A stretch of DNA of 64,000 nt from Erysipelotrichaceae bacterium. Its GTDB lineage: Bacteria; Bacillota; Clostridia; TANB77; CAG-508. Made by a program: the position numbers and the translations under genes. Position 1 is the stretch's first letter, and each line of letters begins with the position of its first letter. Where the stretch lies: the NCBI GenBank assembly GCA_021769225.1, contig JAETTH010000001.1, positions 7,449-71,448 of the forward strand. The letters run 5' to 3'. Of the stretch, positions 36,170 through 47,420 are shown one piece after another. The notes under the pieces are model-generated. The model did no database searches, had not been told where the DNA came from, and worked only from the letters and a program-made list of their open reading frames with translations.

Positions 36170-37702
36170 TTATAAACCTTCTTCTTTCTTTTTCCTTAAA
36201 ATTTTACGAATCGGAGTCCTTACTAGTTCTTTTTCATATTGATTCATAGCAAAATTCCACATGATAAATATGTATACCAAAGAATAACATACAATCTCAG
36301 CTAATAAAATGATAAATCTATTTGGAATAATTGCTGTTCTTAGTATATATCCAGCCCCAAATATAAGTAGTACTGGAACTGACATTTTTAGAATCTGTTT
36401 CCAGAAGGCTGGAATATCGATATGGATTTTAGAGTGATAATACCAGTTAATAATAATTCCATTTCCTAAAATTAATGAAATTGCTGTTCCTATTGCTGTT
36501 CCTAATCCTCCATATGCTTTAGCAAGTGGAATACTTACAAGAATGTTTAAAATAGCTATTATTAAATAGATAATAGTTCTAAATTTATGTTTTTCTTTTG
36601 CTTGTAAAATATTAACTCCTACATTTTGAATTAAAGGAATTGTAACTGGAACCATTAAAATACAAGCGATATAGTAAGATGCTTCGTACTCATTTCCGAA
36701 CAACATCATGATAAACTCTTTTCCAAATAGTAAAAAACCAGTAATAATTAATGCCATGATAAGATATTGGATTCTTCCTGTTTTAACAAATTCCTCTGAG
36801 ATTTCTTGATCAGATGCTTTTGCTTGAACCATTTTTGTTATTTTGGGTAATAACACACCTGAAATAGCTGTTGAAAATCCTAAATAAATATTATTAAACT
36901 GAGAAGCTACTCCATATACTGCTACTGCAACTGTTCCTGATACAGAGCCCAAAATTAGTTGATCTACATTCCAATTAATCTTATCGATGATAATACTTAA
37001 AAAGATGAAGAAAGAGTATTTAAAGATTTCTTTAATAAGATTCATATCAAATCCTTTAAAGTTAAATTGTATTTTACATTTTTTAAAGCAATAAATCATA
37101 TTAAAAATTAAGCATAAGATATTCAATGTTACATTGACAACTACCATTGTAATAGAACGATATCCCATTAATAGTAATGGTAGCATAATACAAGGCATTA
37201 AAATACTTCTTACAATTGTGATTATTTTAGGGACAATAAATTCTTCATAAGCAGTTAAAATTGAGCCAAATACTCCCATTGGGAAAGAAACAGCTAAGTT
37301 AATAACTAGTAGCATAACCATAATCTTAGCTTTTACTAATTCTTCTACTGACATTGTATTTTGGAACATATTATCAATATTAAAATACAAGATTAATCCT
37401 GCAACTAATACAATAATCCCGATAATAGAATAAACGATAATAAACATACCGTTTAATTTCTTCTCTTCTTTTTTATCACCTTTTGCAATGCTTTTAGCGA
37501 CATAAACAACAATTGCATTTCCAAGGCCTAAATCGAGAATCGATAAATAGGCTACAATAGAAGATACCAAAGAATATAAACCATATTCTGATTGCCCCAT
37601 GATTCGAACCATAAATGGAGTATATACTAAACCTACTATATTTGTAACTGCAAGTGCTATATAGGATAATATTGCACCTATTTTGATTTGATTCTTCTTC
37701 AA
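36170..37702 (-). CDS. wzx: Wzx-type oligosaccharide flippase (MOP superfamily)
   Basis: 510 aa, about 14 TM helices, polysaccharide-biosynthesis-protein N-terminal pattern, position within the locus. Confidence 0.8.
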   Translation of the reverse strand: MKKNQIKIGAILSYIALAVTNIVGLVYTPFMVRIMGQSEYGLYSLVSSIVAYLSILDLGLGNAIVVYVAKSIAKGDKKEEKKLNGMFIIVYSIIGIIVLVAGLILYFNIDNMFQNTMSVEELVKAKIMVMLLVINLAVSFPMGVFGSILTAYEEFIVPKIITIVRSILMPCIMLPLLLMGYRSITMVVVNVTLNILCLIFNMIYCFKKCKIQFNFKGFDMNLIKEIFKYSFFIFLSIIIDKINWNVDQLILGSVSGTVAVAVYGVASQFNNIYLGFSTAISGVLLPKITKMVQAKASDQEISEEFVKTGRIQYLIMALIITGFLLFGKEFIMMLFGNEYEASYYIACILMVPVTIPLIQNVGVNILQAKEKHKFRTIIYLIIAILNILVSIPLAKAYGGLGTAIGTAISLILGNGIIINWYYHSKIHIDIPAFWKQILKMSVPVLLIFGAGYILRTAIIPNRFIILLAEIVCYSLVYIFIMWNFAMNQYEKELVRTPIRKILRKKKEEGL

Positions 37703-37714
37703 AATAATTTCTCC

Positions 37715-38896
37715 TTAATTATTTTTTTCTAATTCTTTTGTTGCTAGCTCTACTTTTTCTTTCATTTTTGGTAATCTATCTTTTAGTTTTTGTGTGATTT
37801 CTTCTTCATGATTATGAATCCATCGAAAGGCTTTCTTTAATTGTCCTTCCTCTAGGATTGTTTGAACTGGTACTACATAATTTTCATAGGTTCCAAATAA
37901 GTCTTGTGCAATTCCTTTTGATTTAACAGAATATCCTATTACTAGTGTTGGAACTCCTGTTGAGTATGAAGCAATTGATACATGAGTTCTTGCTGTTATA
38001 ACAAAAGAGCATTTTGATATAATATATTTTAGTTCCTTACAGTTATAGAATTGATTGAAAAAGTAAATACGTCCTGTTTCTTTGTATTTGTTATACACCT
38101 TTTCTAATGGAAGAATATCTTCTGTATTTTCTGTATAAACATGAGGAATTAATGCTATATCCATCTCTGTATTTTGTAATATATCATTGATTACTTCATA
38201 AATGTTTTTCCAAACAATTTCTTCATCTTTGCTACACTTAAACATTAATGGGCTTAAATTAATTCCTACCGTTTTCTTTCTTCCGTAATTTTCAGGAAGC
38301 ACTACTTCTTTTTTCTCTAAAGTAAAAGCTGGATCTGCCATTAAAAATAGTTTTTCCTTTTCGATTCCTGCATCAACTAAGGTTTGATATGTAATGGATT
38401 CTCTTGGGAAAATCATGGTGTATCCTTTTAAGTCTTCTAGCATTTCTTTATCAATTAAGTCTTTTTCAATTGAACAGCCCCATAAATAACATGGAATAGA
38501 GTGTTTACTAGTATATTGATTTAAAGCATAGCTTAAATATGGCGTATCATAGCAATAAACATCTCCGCCAACATTAAGAGCAATGTTTCCTTCTAGCTTC
38601 TTAAAAACTTCTTTTTGTAATGCTACATACATGGGATATTTATTTTTGAATACTTTATCTTGTATCTCAATTTCAATATATTTTAATAAATTGCTATTCT
38701 TAATTTGCTGTATCTTGGTATATTCTACTGCATTTTCGAACATAGAAATGTCCATTTTCTTATCTTGTTCAAGTTCATGTGTAGCTAAAATAACCTTGAT
38801 ACTTTGTTTATTTAATAAATCTGCTGTACTTTTTATAATTGCTTCTGAGCCTCGATTAATACTTCCTGTATGACCACATAACACAACTTTTTTCAT
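37715..38896 (-). CDS. Polysaccharide pyruvyl transferase
   Basis: N-terminal GHTGSINRGSEAI and C-terminal ITARTHVSIASYSTGVPTLVIGYSVK blocks typical of the WcaK/CsaB family. Confidence 0.8.
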   Translation of the reverse strand: MKKVVLCGHTGSINRGSEAIIKSTADLLNKQSIKVILATHELEQDKKMDISMFENAVEYTKIQQIKNSNLLKYIEIEIQDKVFKNKYPMYVALQKEVFKKLEGNIALNVGGDVYCYDTPYLSYALNQYTSKHSIPCYLWGCSIEKDLIDKEMLEDLKGYTMIFPRESITYQTLVDAGIEKEKLFLMADPAFTLEKKEVVLPENYGRKKTVGINLSPLMFKCSKDEEIVWKNIYEVINDILQNTEMDIALIPHVYTENTEDILPLEKVYNKYKETGRIYFFNQFYNCKELKYIISKCSFVITARTHVSIASYSTGVPTLVIGYSVKSKGIAQDLFGTYENYVVPVQTILEEGQLKKAFRWIHNHEEEITQKLKDRLPKMKEKVELATKELEKNN

Positions 38897-38918
38897 TTAT
38901 TGTTTCCTACCTTTTCTT

Positions 38919-40067
38919 TTATCGAATTAAGATTTCTGCTTTACTACAAGGACCTTCTTTAATAGATATATTCTGCTTATTTTGTATATTATTTATCAAA
39001 ATCATTAAATGCTCTGCAGCTGTTTGTGCATTCCAATTTGTCATTAATGTTTGATATGCATTTTTAGCAAACCTTTCTCTTAGTTCTTTGTCTTGAATTA
39101 GTTTCTCTACTTTTTGAGTTAATGATTTTAAACTTTTGTCTTTATAAATAAATCCATTTACTCCATCTTGAATCAAAAATGGTACTGCTCCAATTAATTC
39201 ATCTGCTACAATAGCACATCCGCTATTCATGGCTTCATTTAAAACAGCTCCCCAACCTTCGTTTCGATCACTTGTAAACAAAAAAATATTAGTCATTTCC
39301 ATTTGTTTTCTAACTTGTTCATTTGGTTTTGAACCTAATATATGAACACAGTCTTCTAATTTTTGTCTTACTACTTTTTGTTTTATCTTTTCTTCTAAAG
39401 GTCCTGTTCCAATCATATTAATTTTAAATTGATACCCACGTTTTTTTAATCTTTTAGCTAGTTTTACTACAATTTCTGGATGTTTCCAATTTAAATATCT
39501 TCCTACCCATAAAATAGATATTTCTTTTGGTTTATTTAGGATAAGATTTTCTATATCATATTCTTTTACTTCAGGAAAATAACCCCATTTATATGCTTTT
39601 TGTAGATATGCTCCTACTAAGGAAAAGTCTCCAGCAGTATAAGCACTAGCACATAACAAGTATAATTCTTTATTTTTATAAACTGTATGAATTTTATATA
39701 GATTTCTATATAACCTAGGATTTAAAATTCTCCATAATCCCTTTTTTAAAACTCTTTCTGAATAACGAAAAGTAAGCTTATTTTCTTCTAATCTTTTTTG
39801 AATCAATATCTCTGGTGCGGATCCAATGATAACAACATCACTTTCATAAGCAAGAGCTAAAGCCCTTTGATATTCTTCTTCTGATTCATATGCTCGAATC
39901 ACAAAGTCATAAGAAGAATTCATATTTTCATATCCAAGTTTTAATCTTTCTTCTGGTATTGCTTCTGTTGCTACAAATCTAAATTCTACGTTAGCTTTTT
40001 TATTCATCTCTAAGCAAAAGGGCAATTGGTGATGGTTTAAGAAATTAGAAAAAAAGGTGATTTTCAT
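38919..40067 (-). CDS. Glycosyltransferase family 4
   Basis: C-terminal GT-B domain with the EX7E-like block NEGWGAVLNEAMNSGCAIV. Confidence 0.8.
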   Translation of the reverse strand: MKITFFSNFLNHHQLPFCLEMNKKANVEFRFVATEAIPEERLKLGYENMNSSYDFVIRAYESEEEYQRALALAYESDVVIIGSAPEILIQKRLEENKLTFRYSERVLKKGLWRILNPRLYRNLYKIHTVYKNKELYLLCASAYTAGDFSLVGAYLQKAYKWGYFPEVKEYDIENLILNKPKEISILWVGRYLNWKHPEIVVKLAKRLKKRGYQFKINMIGTGPLEEKIKQKVVRQKLEDCVHILGSKPNEQVRKQMEMTNIFLFTSDRNEGWGAVLNEAMNSGCAIVADELIGAVPFLIQDGVNGFIYKDKSLKSLTQKVEKLIQDKELRERFAKNAYQTLMTNWNAQTAAEHLMILINNIQNKQNISIKEGPCSKAEILIR

Positions 40068-40078
40068 AACTTCCTCCC

Positions 40079-41338
40079 TTATTTATGATCGTTCATTTCT
40101 TTATATATTTGTATCATTTTTTCCCCGATAGCTTGTTTATTATGTCTTTCTAATGCTCGAGTTCTTGCTGCTTGTCCAAGTTTGATACATAAATCATCAT
40201 CTCTAAAATACTGCATGACATATTCTGCCAAAATGGCTGGTTCTGTATAAGGATATAAAAGACCTTCTTTTGGGTACTCTAACATGTCCATGGTTCCTCC
40301 AGTATTGGAAGCGATACATGGTAATCCCAATATCATTGCTTCTGATAGTGAATTTGAACTATTTTCTATTGCTGATGGTAACACAAAGACATTTGTTTTT
40401 AATAATCTTTGTAACATTTCCTCTTCTGAAAGACTTCCTGTAAAAATGATAGAGTCCTTTAGCTGATATTTCTCAATTAGTTTTCTTAAATATTTGGCAT
40501 ATCCTGTTTGCTTTAATTTATGATACCTATCAGAGATATCTGTAATATTGCTTCCTGCCACATATAGCTTAGCATCTGCATAATAGTTTTTTAGCAAATA
40601 TAGTGCCTCTATCATATAGTGTAATCCTTTAATAGGATAAGTTCCTTGGCAACAAAAGATAGTATGCCTTTCTATTTTTTCTATATTCCATTGATTATCA
40701 TAAAAAGAATCTCTTAGGATTTCATTACAAGAATAGTATTTTTCTTGTAAACACATCCTTTTTGTATTTGCATAATCCCATGTTGTCCTTCCTATAATTG
40801 CATCTGTTTTTTGAATCAATCCTTTTTCATATTGACTACGTTTATGATATTTCCTTTTTTGATCGATTAAATTATCAAATTTAATGATATCTCGAAGTGT
40901 AATATTCTTTACAATTTCTTTTAAAGGAATATTCGCATAATAGACTTTTTCTATTTCAGAAATTAATCCTTGAATAGAAGTGACTGTTTTTACTTCTGGA
41001 CATGCATTTACAAATGCTAATCCATGTGTATATTCTGTTCCATGAATATGTACTAGATCAGGGCTAAATTTTTCATTTATTTGTTTCCAATATTGCTCCA
41101 TCGTTTTCTCATACTTTAAGGGTTGCTTTCCTGGAATTAAATAATATTTTACCCCATTATCCTCCATCTCCATTAATTCTTTCCCTGGATAAATACTAGC
41201 AACTGCAAATTCAAACTCTTCTTGTTGTTGCAAAATACTTAAAAGAGAATATAACCATCCTCCTACTACCATAGGAGGCATGTTTAACTGTTTTAATGGA
41301 TATGGAAATAAAATATTAGTGATCCAAAGAATCTTCAT
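40079..41338 (-). CDS. Glycosyltransferase family 4
   Basis: PSAIENSSNSLSEAMILGLPCIASNTGG block. N-terminal MKILWITN. Confidence 0.8.
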   Translation of the reverse strand: MKILWITNILFPYPLKQLNMPPMVVGGWLYSLLSILQQQEEFEFAVASIYPGKELMEMEDNGVKYYLIPGKQPLKYEKTMEQYWKQINEKFSPDLVHIHGTEYTHGLAFVNACPEVKTVTSIQGLISEIEKVYYANIPLKEIVKNITLRDIIKFDNLIDQKRKYHKRSQYEKGLIQKTDAIIGRTTWDYANTKRMCLQEKYYSCNEILRDSFYDNQWNIEKIERHTIFCCQGTYPIKGLHYMIEALYLLKNYYADAKLYVAGSNITDISDRYHKLKQTGYAKYLRKLIEKYQLKDSIIFTGSLSEEEMLQRLLKTNVFVLPSAIENSSNSLSEAMILGLPCIASNTGGTMDMLEYPKEGLLYPYTEPAILAEYVMQYFRDDDLCIKLGQAARTRALERHNKQAIGEKMIQIYKEMNDHK

Positions 41339-42794
41339 TTAATTGCTCCATTTCTAGCATTTTTGACTTCTTAGAATAGAAAAATGCTAATAAATATATT
41401 AGAATAATACTTAGTATATTTGGAATCGACAATAAATTAACTACCCATGCTAGTGCTGGTTGTCTTGGTAAATAGATAACCATTGAAATGATAAAGAAAG
41501 AATACGTCATCCCAATCCAATTTTCTTTCCTAATATTGGTTAATGCCATTAAGATCATTCCTAATAGTAAGTTATAAATCATTACGCCCCAATAAGAAAA
41601 GTCCGCATATACTTCTGCCATATATTGTGTTCCGATTCCAAATCCGTTTAAATATTGTTCTCCTAATACTAGATAAGAAATTGTAGAGCCCAAATCATTT
41701 CCATATAAAGCCATTTCTTCTGTATTAAATTTCATGTGTGTTCCATCAATTCCTAGAATTTGAGCAATGGTTCCTTGTCTTACATAGGAAATAAATGGTC
41801 CAAAAGTATAACTAACATTAGTATCTGGTAGTTGGTCTTTATATTCTTCTACATAAGAAATAACCTTTCCTGTTGTATTTTGATCCACAAAAAATTGTAC
41901 AAATTGATCAAAGAAATTGAAATTCTCTATTTTCATACCATTTCTTAATGTGTTATAGGCCCCTAAGAAAACAATAAATACAATTGCACAAATTGCTAAA
42001 AATGGTATCGTTTTTTTGGTAAAATATTTTTCTTCTTTGTTGTAAGATTGTCGATATACTAAATAGATTAAAATCATTAATACAGCAACAACAGCAGTCC
42101 CTCTTACTCCTGTAAATAGTGTTAATGCTAAATAAACTCCGTAAATTCCTATTGTAATTAAAGTCTCTTTCTTACTTGGAAAAGTACAAATATATATTAA
42201 GAAAAATATTAGATTTGTATCTGCTATTTTTTTCAAAAAGCTAGGAAAAATGGAATGAAATCCTGTATATAAAGATACATATCCATTTTGCTGTACAAAA
42301 ATTAATTTTTCTATTGTAATAACACTGGCAAGACATACTGTAATAATAAAAAATATCTTACTAAATTTACGAACATATTCTATATTTACTGGTTTTAATA
42401 TTGGCTTTTTTCCCTCTTTTTTTGCTTCTGTTTTATGTTTTTTTCTTAATTCAAATAAAAATGCTCCAATTAAAAGCGTAAATATACCAAGGTAAATAAT
42501 AAGTAACGTACTTTGTAATACTTCATTACTAAATCCATTTGACCAATCTTTTCCCAGTAACATAGAGAAGAAGTTTCCTCCAACATTTAATACAAAGAAA
42601 GTTATATTAAAAACTAAAAATACCATTCTGTTTTTTATATCAAAAAAAGATATGATAACATTATAGAAAATGAGTAATACAATTCCTACTAATGCTACAT
42701 TCATATTTTGTATTAAGATTCCTAATATAAATGTAATTATGGATAAGATTAATATAAAAATCGTCCATATTCTTTTGTTCATATTTTCCTCCAC
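41316..42794 (-). CDS. wzy: Putative Wzy-type repeat-unit polymerase
   Basis: 492 aa, at least 10 TM helices with one larger loop, no other family signal. It is the only such protein in a wzx-containing locus. Confidence 0.6.
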   Translation of the reverse strand: MEENMNKRIWTIFILILSIITFILGILIQNMNVALVGIVLLIFYNVIISFFDIKNRMVFLVFNITFFVLNVGGNFFSMLLGKDWSNGFSNEVLQSTLLIIYLGIFTLLIGAFLFELRKKHKTEAKKEGKKPILKPVNIEYVRKFSKIFFIITVCLASVITIEKLIFVQQNGYVSLYTGFHSIFPSFLKKIADTNLIFFLIYICTFPSKKETLITIGIYGVYLALTLFTGVRGTAVVAVLMILIYLVYRQSYNKEEKYFTKKTIPFLAICAIVFIVFLGAYNTLRNGMKIENFNFFDQFVQFFVDQNTTGKVISYVEEYKDQLPDTNVSYTFGPFISYVRQGTIAQILGIDGTHMKFNTEEMALYGNDLGSTISYLVLGEQYLNGFGIGTQYMAEVYADFSYWGVMIYNLLLGMILMALTNIRKENWIGMTYSFFIISMVIYLPRQPALAWVVNLLSIPNILSIILIYLLAFFYSKKSKMLEMEQLNEDSLDH

Positions 42795-42801
42795 TTCTTC
42801 A

Positions 42802-44163
42802 TCATTTTAAACTTGAAGTTTTCATTACTGCATTTTTTACTTCAAGTTGTACTAAATTCTTTGTTTTAGTAGCATTATGTTTTTCTTCAATAATATCTAA
42901 AGATTGGTTAGCATAGTTTGTTCTTTTCGTACTATTCGTTACTAGCTCTATTAATTTTTCTTTCATTTGCTTTTTTTGATTAGTTGTAATTACTACACCT
43001 AAATCATTGTCTTCCATATATCTAATGGATGCAACATTTTTGGGTCCTACCGCTAAAATACATCTTTTAGATACTAGATATTCTGGTATTTTAGTTGAAA
43101 CAGATAATCTAGTAATATATTTATTTTTTTTATCAAAAGATTCTACATGTACTAGGATATCAGATTCATTTCTTTTTTTCAACAATTCTTCACTACTTAA
43201 TGAGCCTTTATATGTCATAACATTTTCTATTGTTAATGCTTTTAAAATTTCTTCTTTTGGTCTTTCAATAGAATACACTTCAAAATTAACTTTTATATCA
43301 TTTTCTTGAACAATTTCTTTTAGAGCTATCCCAATTTCATGAAGTACTTTCCATCTATTTAATCCTAGGTTTCCTGCATATAAAAAGTTCACTTCTTTTT
43401 CTTTTGGGACATAAGGAGTCACTTTATTTTTAATACTAATTGAATTCATTGCTACTTTAAAGTTTCCCCCAAATCTCTCCTGATATTCTTTTGCCATCAT
43501 ATCTCCTATAGCAAAAATACAGCTTGAATATTTAACCGCTTTAGTGTATCTGTTTTTCATTTTATAATGGTCAATCCAATAAAATGGATCAATGGAAAAA
43601 TGTGATGTTACATAATCATCTGTTGTTTCCATTACAAGTGGAATATTTCTTTTTTTACATATATCATATACCATATCAAAGATAGCATATACATTGCTAG
43701 ATTGAAAAAATACAACATCTGGGTTAAAATCATCAATCCATTTATTTAATTTTTCTTGTTTCCAAGGTTTTACGATTTTCCATGCTAAATTTCGAATACA
43801 ATACATAAATGGATTTCTTTTTTGATATAAATCTCTAATCAATAGATATAGTTTATTTTTGTGAAGTTTTTCTTTCTCTATTCCATTTTTTATAGCTATA
43901 TCTGCTGCTTTCTCTTCCTCTGTTTGTGTGTATTCTATTCCAACTTGTTTTTTACTAAAAATAGTTTTTAAAACATCTAAATCTGTAATACGATAAAATT
44001 TTTCACAAACAGTAGTGTCAAACTTATCTAATGTTAGATAGAGTTGTGCTATTTTATCTTTTGGCCAGCCTTTAAAAAAGGCAGATAAAGTTTTTCCATT
44101 ATTTTGTGTATCTGAAAATGGATTATGAGATATCACTAATACTTTTGGATTTTCGCTTTCCAT
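42802..44163 (-). CDS. Glycosyltransferase (GT-B, GT4-like)
   Basis: VLVISHNPFSDTQNNGKTL N-terminus and C-terminal STKIPEYLVSKRCILAVGP block. Start ATG 44163 overlaps the upstream stop (TAATG) and is preceded by GGGGGAAA. Confidence 0.65.
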   Translation of the reverse strand: MESENPKVLVISHNPFSDTQNNGKTLSAFFKGWPKDKIAQLYLTLDKFDTTVCEKFYRITDLDVLKTIFSKKQVGIEYTQTEEEKAADIAIKNGIEKEKLHKNKLYLLIRDLYQKRNPFMYCIRNLAWKIVKPWKQEKLNKWIDDFNPDVVFFQSSNVYAIFDMVYDICKKRNIPLVMETTDDYVTSHFSIDPFYWIDHYKMKNRYTKAVKYSSCIFAIGDMMAKEYQERFGGNFKVAMNSISIKNKVTPYVPKEKEVNFLYAGNLGLNRWKVLHEIGIALKEIVQENDIKVNFEVYSIERPKEEILKALTIENVMTYKGSLSSEELLKKRNESDILVHVESFDKKNKYITRLSVSTKIPEYLVSKRCILAVGPKNVASIRYMEDNDLGVVITTNQKKQMKEKLIELVTNSTKRTNYANQSLDIIEEKHNATKTKNLVQLEVKNAVMKTSSLK

Positions 44164-45287
44164 TATTTCCCCCAAACAGTTCTATTTACAATGTCTGTGT
44201 AACTTTGTATGATTTTTACTACTTTTACAGATACATTTGTGTCTGCGTAATCTTCTGCCATTACAACTTCTTCTTTATTATCTCTCATCGAAACAGCAAG
44301 CTCTAATGCTTGTTCTATTGTTTTATCTGTGATTCCTCCAATGACAACAGTTCCTTTATCTAATACTTCTGGTCTTTCTGTTGAAGTACGAATTAAAACT
44401 CCTGCAAAACCTAGCATTGCACTTTCTTCAGATAAAGTACCACTATCAGAAAGTACACAATAACTATTCATTTGCAATTTATTGTAATCCATAAAACCAA
44501 ATGGTTTTAAGTTTTGTACTAATGGATGGAATTTAAAATTTCTTTTCTCTATAAACTTCTGACTTCTTGGGTGTGTTGAATAAATTACTGGCATTTGATA
44601 TTTTTCTGCAATATCATTTACTGCTGTCATAAGTGACATGAAATGCTCTTCATTATCAATATTCTCTTCACGATGAGAAGAAAGTAAAATATATTTATTC
44701 TTTTCTAGTCCTAATTTTTCTAATACATCACTTTTTTCAATTTGCTCCATATGATCACGAAGAACTTCTCTCATTGGTGAACCAGTAACAAAGATTGTTT
44801 TTCCATCAATTCCTTCAGATAATAGATATCTTCTAGAGTGTTCTGTATATGGTAAATTAATATCAGAAATGTGATCGACTATTTTACGATTAATCATTTC
44901 AGATACGTTCCAATCCCAACAACGGTTTCCTGCTTCCATATGGAAAATTGGAATTTTAAGTCTTTTAGCTGAAATAGCAGAAAGTGCAGAATTTGTATCG
45001 CCTAATAAAAGGACAGCATCTGGCTTTTCTTTTAGCATAACATCATAAGATTTTGCTATGATATTTCCCATTGTTTCTCCTAGGTCTTTTCCAACACTAT
45101 CTAGATAATAGTCTGGAGCACGTAGTCCTAAATCTTCAAAAAATACTTGATTTAGAGTATAATCCCAATTTTGTCCTGTATGTACTAGTATATGATTAAA
45201 ATATTTGTCTGCACATTTAATAACAGCAGAAAGTCTAATAATTTCTGGTCTTGTTCCTATAATTGTCATTACTTTTAATTTTTCCAT
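44163..45287 (-). CDS. fnlC: UDP-N-acetylglucosamine 2-epimerase family (FnlC/CapG/WbjD type)
   Basis: MEKLKVMTIIGTRPEIIRL, HMEAGNR, SDSGT. Lies directly after the fnlB-type gene. Start ATG 45287 is preceded by GGAGG. Confidence 0.85.
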   Translation of the reverse strand: MEKLKVMTIIGTRPEIIRLSAVIKCADKYFNHILVHTGQNWDYTLNQVFFEDLGLRAPDYYLDSVGKDLGETMGNIIAKSYDVMLKEKPDAVLLLGDTNSALSAISAKRLKIPIFHMEAGNRCWDWNVSEMINRKIVDHISDINLPYTEHSRRYLLSEGIDGKTIFVTGSPMREVLRDHMEQIEKSDVLEKLGLEKNKYILLSSHREENIDNEEHFMSLMTAVNDIAEKYQMPVIYSTHPRSQKFIEKRNFKFHPLVQNLKPFGFMDYNKLQMNSYCVLSDSGTLSEESAMLGFAGVLIRTSTERPEVLDKGTVVIGGITDKTIEQALELAVSMRDNKEEVVMAEDYADTNVSVKVVKIIQSYTDIVNRTVWGK

Positions 45288-45288
45288 T

Positions 45289-46398
45289 TTAAACCTCCAT
45301 ATAATAAGTATCTGGCTTATCTTTATTAAATAATTCATTTGCCCACATAACAGTTACCATATCACTTGTTCCTGTGTTTTCAATATTATGGGTGTATCCA
45401 CAAGGAATATCAACTACTTCTAGTTTTTCTCCAGTTACATGGTATTCAATTATTTTATCAGAATCTATTTTACGGAAGCGAATAATTCCTTCCCCTGATA
45501 CAACCAAAAATTTTTCATTTTTTGTATGATGCCAATGATTTCCTTTTACAATTCCCGGTTTTGAAATATTAATAGAAACTTGTCCTCTTTCTTCTGATTT
45601 AAATACTTCTGTAAAAGAGCCTCTATTATCTACATTCATTTTTACAGGATAACTAAATTTTTCTTCTGGTAAATAACTTAAGTAAGTGCTATATAGTTTT
45701 TTACTAAATTCATCTTGCATATTAGGAATCATTAAATTTTCTCTTGATTCTTTGAAAGAATAGATTAATTTTACAATATCCCCTAATTTAATCGTATGAA
45801 CGATAGGTACATAAGCAAAATTTTCTTTCATATGTGCTTTTCCTTCTAATGCACAAATTAATTCATCTACTACATCATCAATATATACAAGATTCATCAC
45901 CACTTCTGGATCATTTACTTTGATTTCTAGTCCTCTTGCGATATTATGACAAAATGTTGCAACAGCACTGTTATAGTTTGGTCTACACCATTTTCCAAAT
46001 ACATTTGGGAAACGATATACATATACCCTTGCTCCTGTTTCTTGACTATAAGAGAACATCAAGTCTTCTCCTGCTTTTTTGGATCTACCATATGGATTAT
46101 CCAATGCAGCTTGAATAGAAGAAGTAATAAGGACTGGTGCTTTATTGTTGTATTTTTTTAGATTTTCTAAAAGAACGGATGTAAATCCAAAGTTTCCTTT
46201 CATAAAATCTTTTTCTTTTTCTGGACGGTTTACGCCTGCCAAATGAAAAACAAATTCACAATTCTTTGTGTATTCTTCCAACTCTTCTTTGGTTGTTTCA
46301 ATATCACATTCATAAATTTCATTATAATTTCTATTCTTAAGTTCTGCAATTAAATTTTTACCAACAAAACCTTTTGCTCCTGTTACTAATATTTTCAT
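45289..46398 (-). CDS. fnlB: FnlB/CapF/WbjC-type bifunctional reductase/epimerase (SDR + cupin)
   Basis: N-terminal Rossmann MKILVTGAKGFVGKNL and a C-terminal cupin (GNHWHHTKNEKF), 369 aa. Confidence 0.85.
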   Translation of the reverse strand: MKILVTGAKGFVGKNLIAELKNRNYNEIYECDIETTKEELEEYTKNCEFVFHLAGVNRPEKEKDFMKGNFGFTSVLLENLKKYNNKAPVLITSSIQAALDNPYGRSKKAGEDLMFSYSQETGARVYVYRFPNVFGKWCRPNYNSAVATFCHNIARGLEIKVNDPEVVMNLVYIDDVVDELICALEGKAHMKENFAYVPIVHTIKLGDIVKLIYSFKESRENLMIPNMQDEFSKKLYSTYLSYLPEEKFSYPVKMNVDNRGSFTEVFKSEERGQVSINISKPGIVKGNHWHHTKNEKFLVVSGEGIIRFRKIDSDKIIEYHVTGEKLEVVDIPCGYTHNIENTGTSDMVTVMWANELFNKDKPDTYYMEV

Positions 46399-46406
46399 GT
46401 TTTCTC

Positions 46407-47420
46407 CTATCTAACTCCTAATACAGTGTTATATATTCTTTCTATCTTTAATAGCTTTGCAATTTTTTGCCCTAATAGTACTAACATATAAATTATTAAT
46501 ACTGTTATAACTGGTCTTATTATTGCAAAAATATTATTAGCTGTATAAATTTGATTTAATTTCTCTAAAAATAACAGATGGATTAAATACATATGGAAAG
46601 ATCTTTTTCCTATATCTACTAATAAATTTATTTTTGTTAATTTTAAAGAAATTGTAATAACTGCTACAAAACCGATAATTCCTATTAGAATTGTTAATAG
46701 ATTCCAATAAGATGTTGTTTGTTTACATAGAATTAAAATTATCCCTATTATAGCTATTGCAAGAAGAATTAGAATCCAATTTTTTTCTAATCTTTCTTGC
46801 ATCTTTTCTAACAAGTTATGCCTTTTTATTAAAACACCAATTGCAAAAATTCCAATCCAATTTAATATGTTTAAATAAGGATTTAAGTAAGTAAAAATCA
46901 TTTTATTCTTATAAACTTCTTTAGGTAAAATATTAAAACTAGTTAATAAAACTGAAACAATATTAATTCCTATTAAGATATAGTAAATTTTATCTTTTGG
47001 GGGTAAAAAGTAAATCAATATATAGCAAAGCATTAAAATAGTTAAGTAATATAGATAACTACCATTTCCTAATAAGTAATTAATAAAACCTAAAACATCA
47101 AATGAAAATTCATTATATCGAATTGTCCAAAAGAAACTAATACTTCCTATCACTAACCATGGGATTCCTATCTTGACAAGCTTATCTTTTAATACCTTTC
47201 CTATATTTTTATACTTCTTTGTATTAAAAAAGTATCCGGAAAGAATAAAGAAGATATAAATGCCAATCCCTTTATAAATTGATAAAAAAGACTTCATATA
47301 TTCATTTCCAATTGTAAAATAGGAAGTATGAGCTAAAATAATTGATATAATAGCAAATACTTTTGCAATATATAATGCTTTATTTAAGTTAGCATTTTTC
47401 TTAGATCTATTTTTTCCAAT
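46407..47420 (-). CDS. Acyltransferase family 3 (membrane O-acetyltransferase). No canonical start; a possible ATT start is proposed
   Basis: The ORF track starts at ATG 47297. The frame is open 41 codons further upstream and encodes the conserved first helix with His (LNKALYIAKVFAIISIILAHTS). There is no ATG/GTG/TTG in that stretch. In-frame ATT at 47420 lies 7 nt after AAAGAGGAG. Confidence 0.6.
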   Translation of the reverse strand: MGKNRSKKNANLNKALYIAKVFAIISIILAHTSYFTIGNEYMKSFLSIYKGIGIYIFFILSGYFFNTKKYKNIGKVLKDKLVKIGIPWLVIGSISFFWTIRYNEFSFDVLGFINYLLGNGSYLYYLTILMLCYILIYFLPPKDKIYYILIGINIVSVLLTSFNILPKEVYKNKMIFTYLNPYLNILNWIGIFAIGVLIKRHNLLEKMQERLEKNWILILLAIAIIGIILILCKQTTSYWNLLTILIGIIGFVAVITISLKLTKINLLVDIGKRSFHMYLIHLLFLEKLNQIYTANNIFAIIRPVITVLIIYMLVLLGQKIAKLLKIERIYNTVLGVR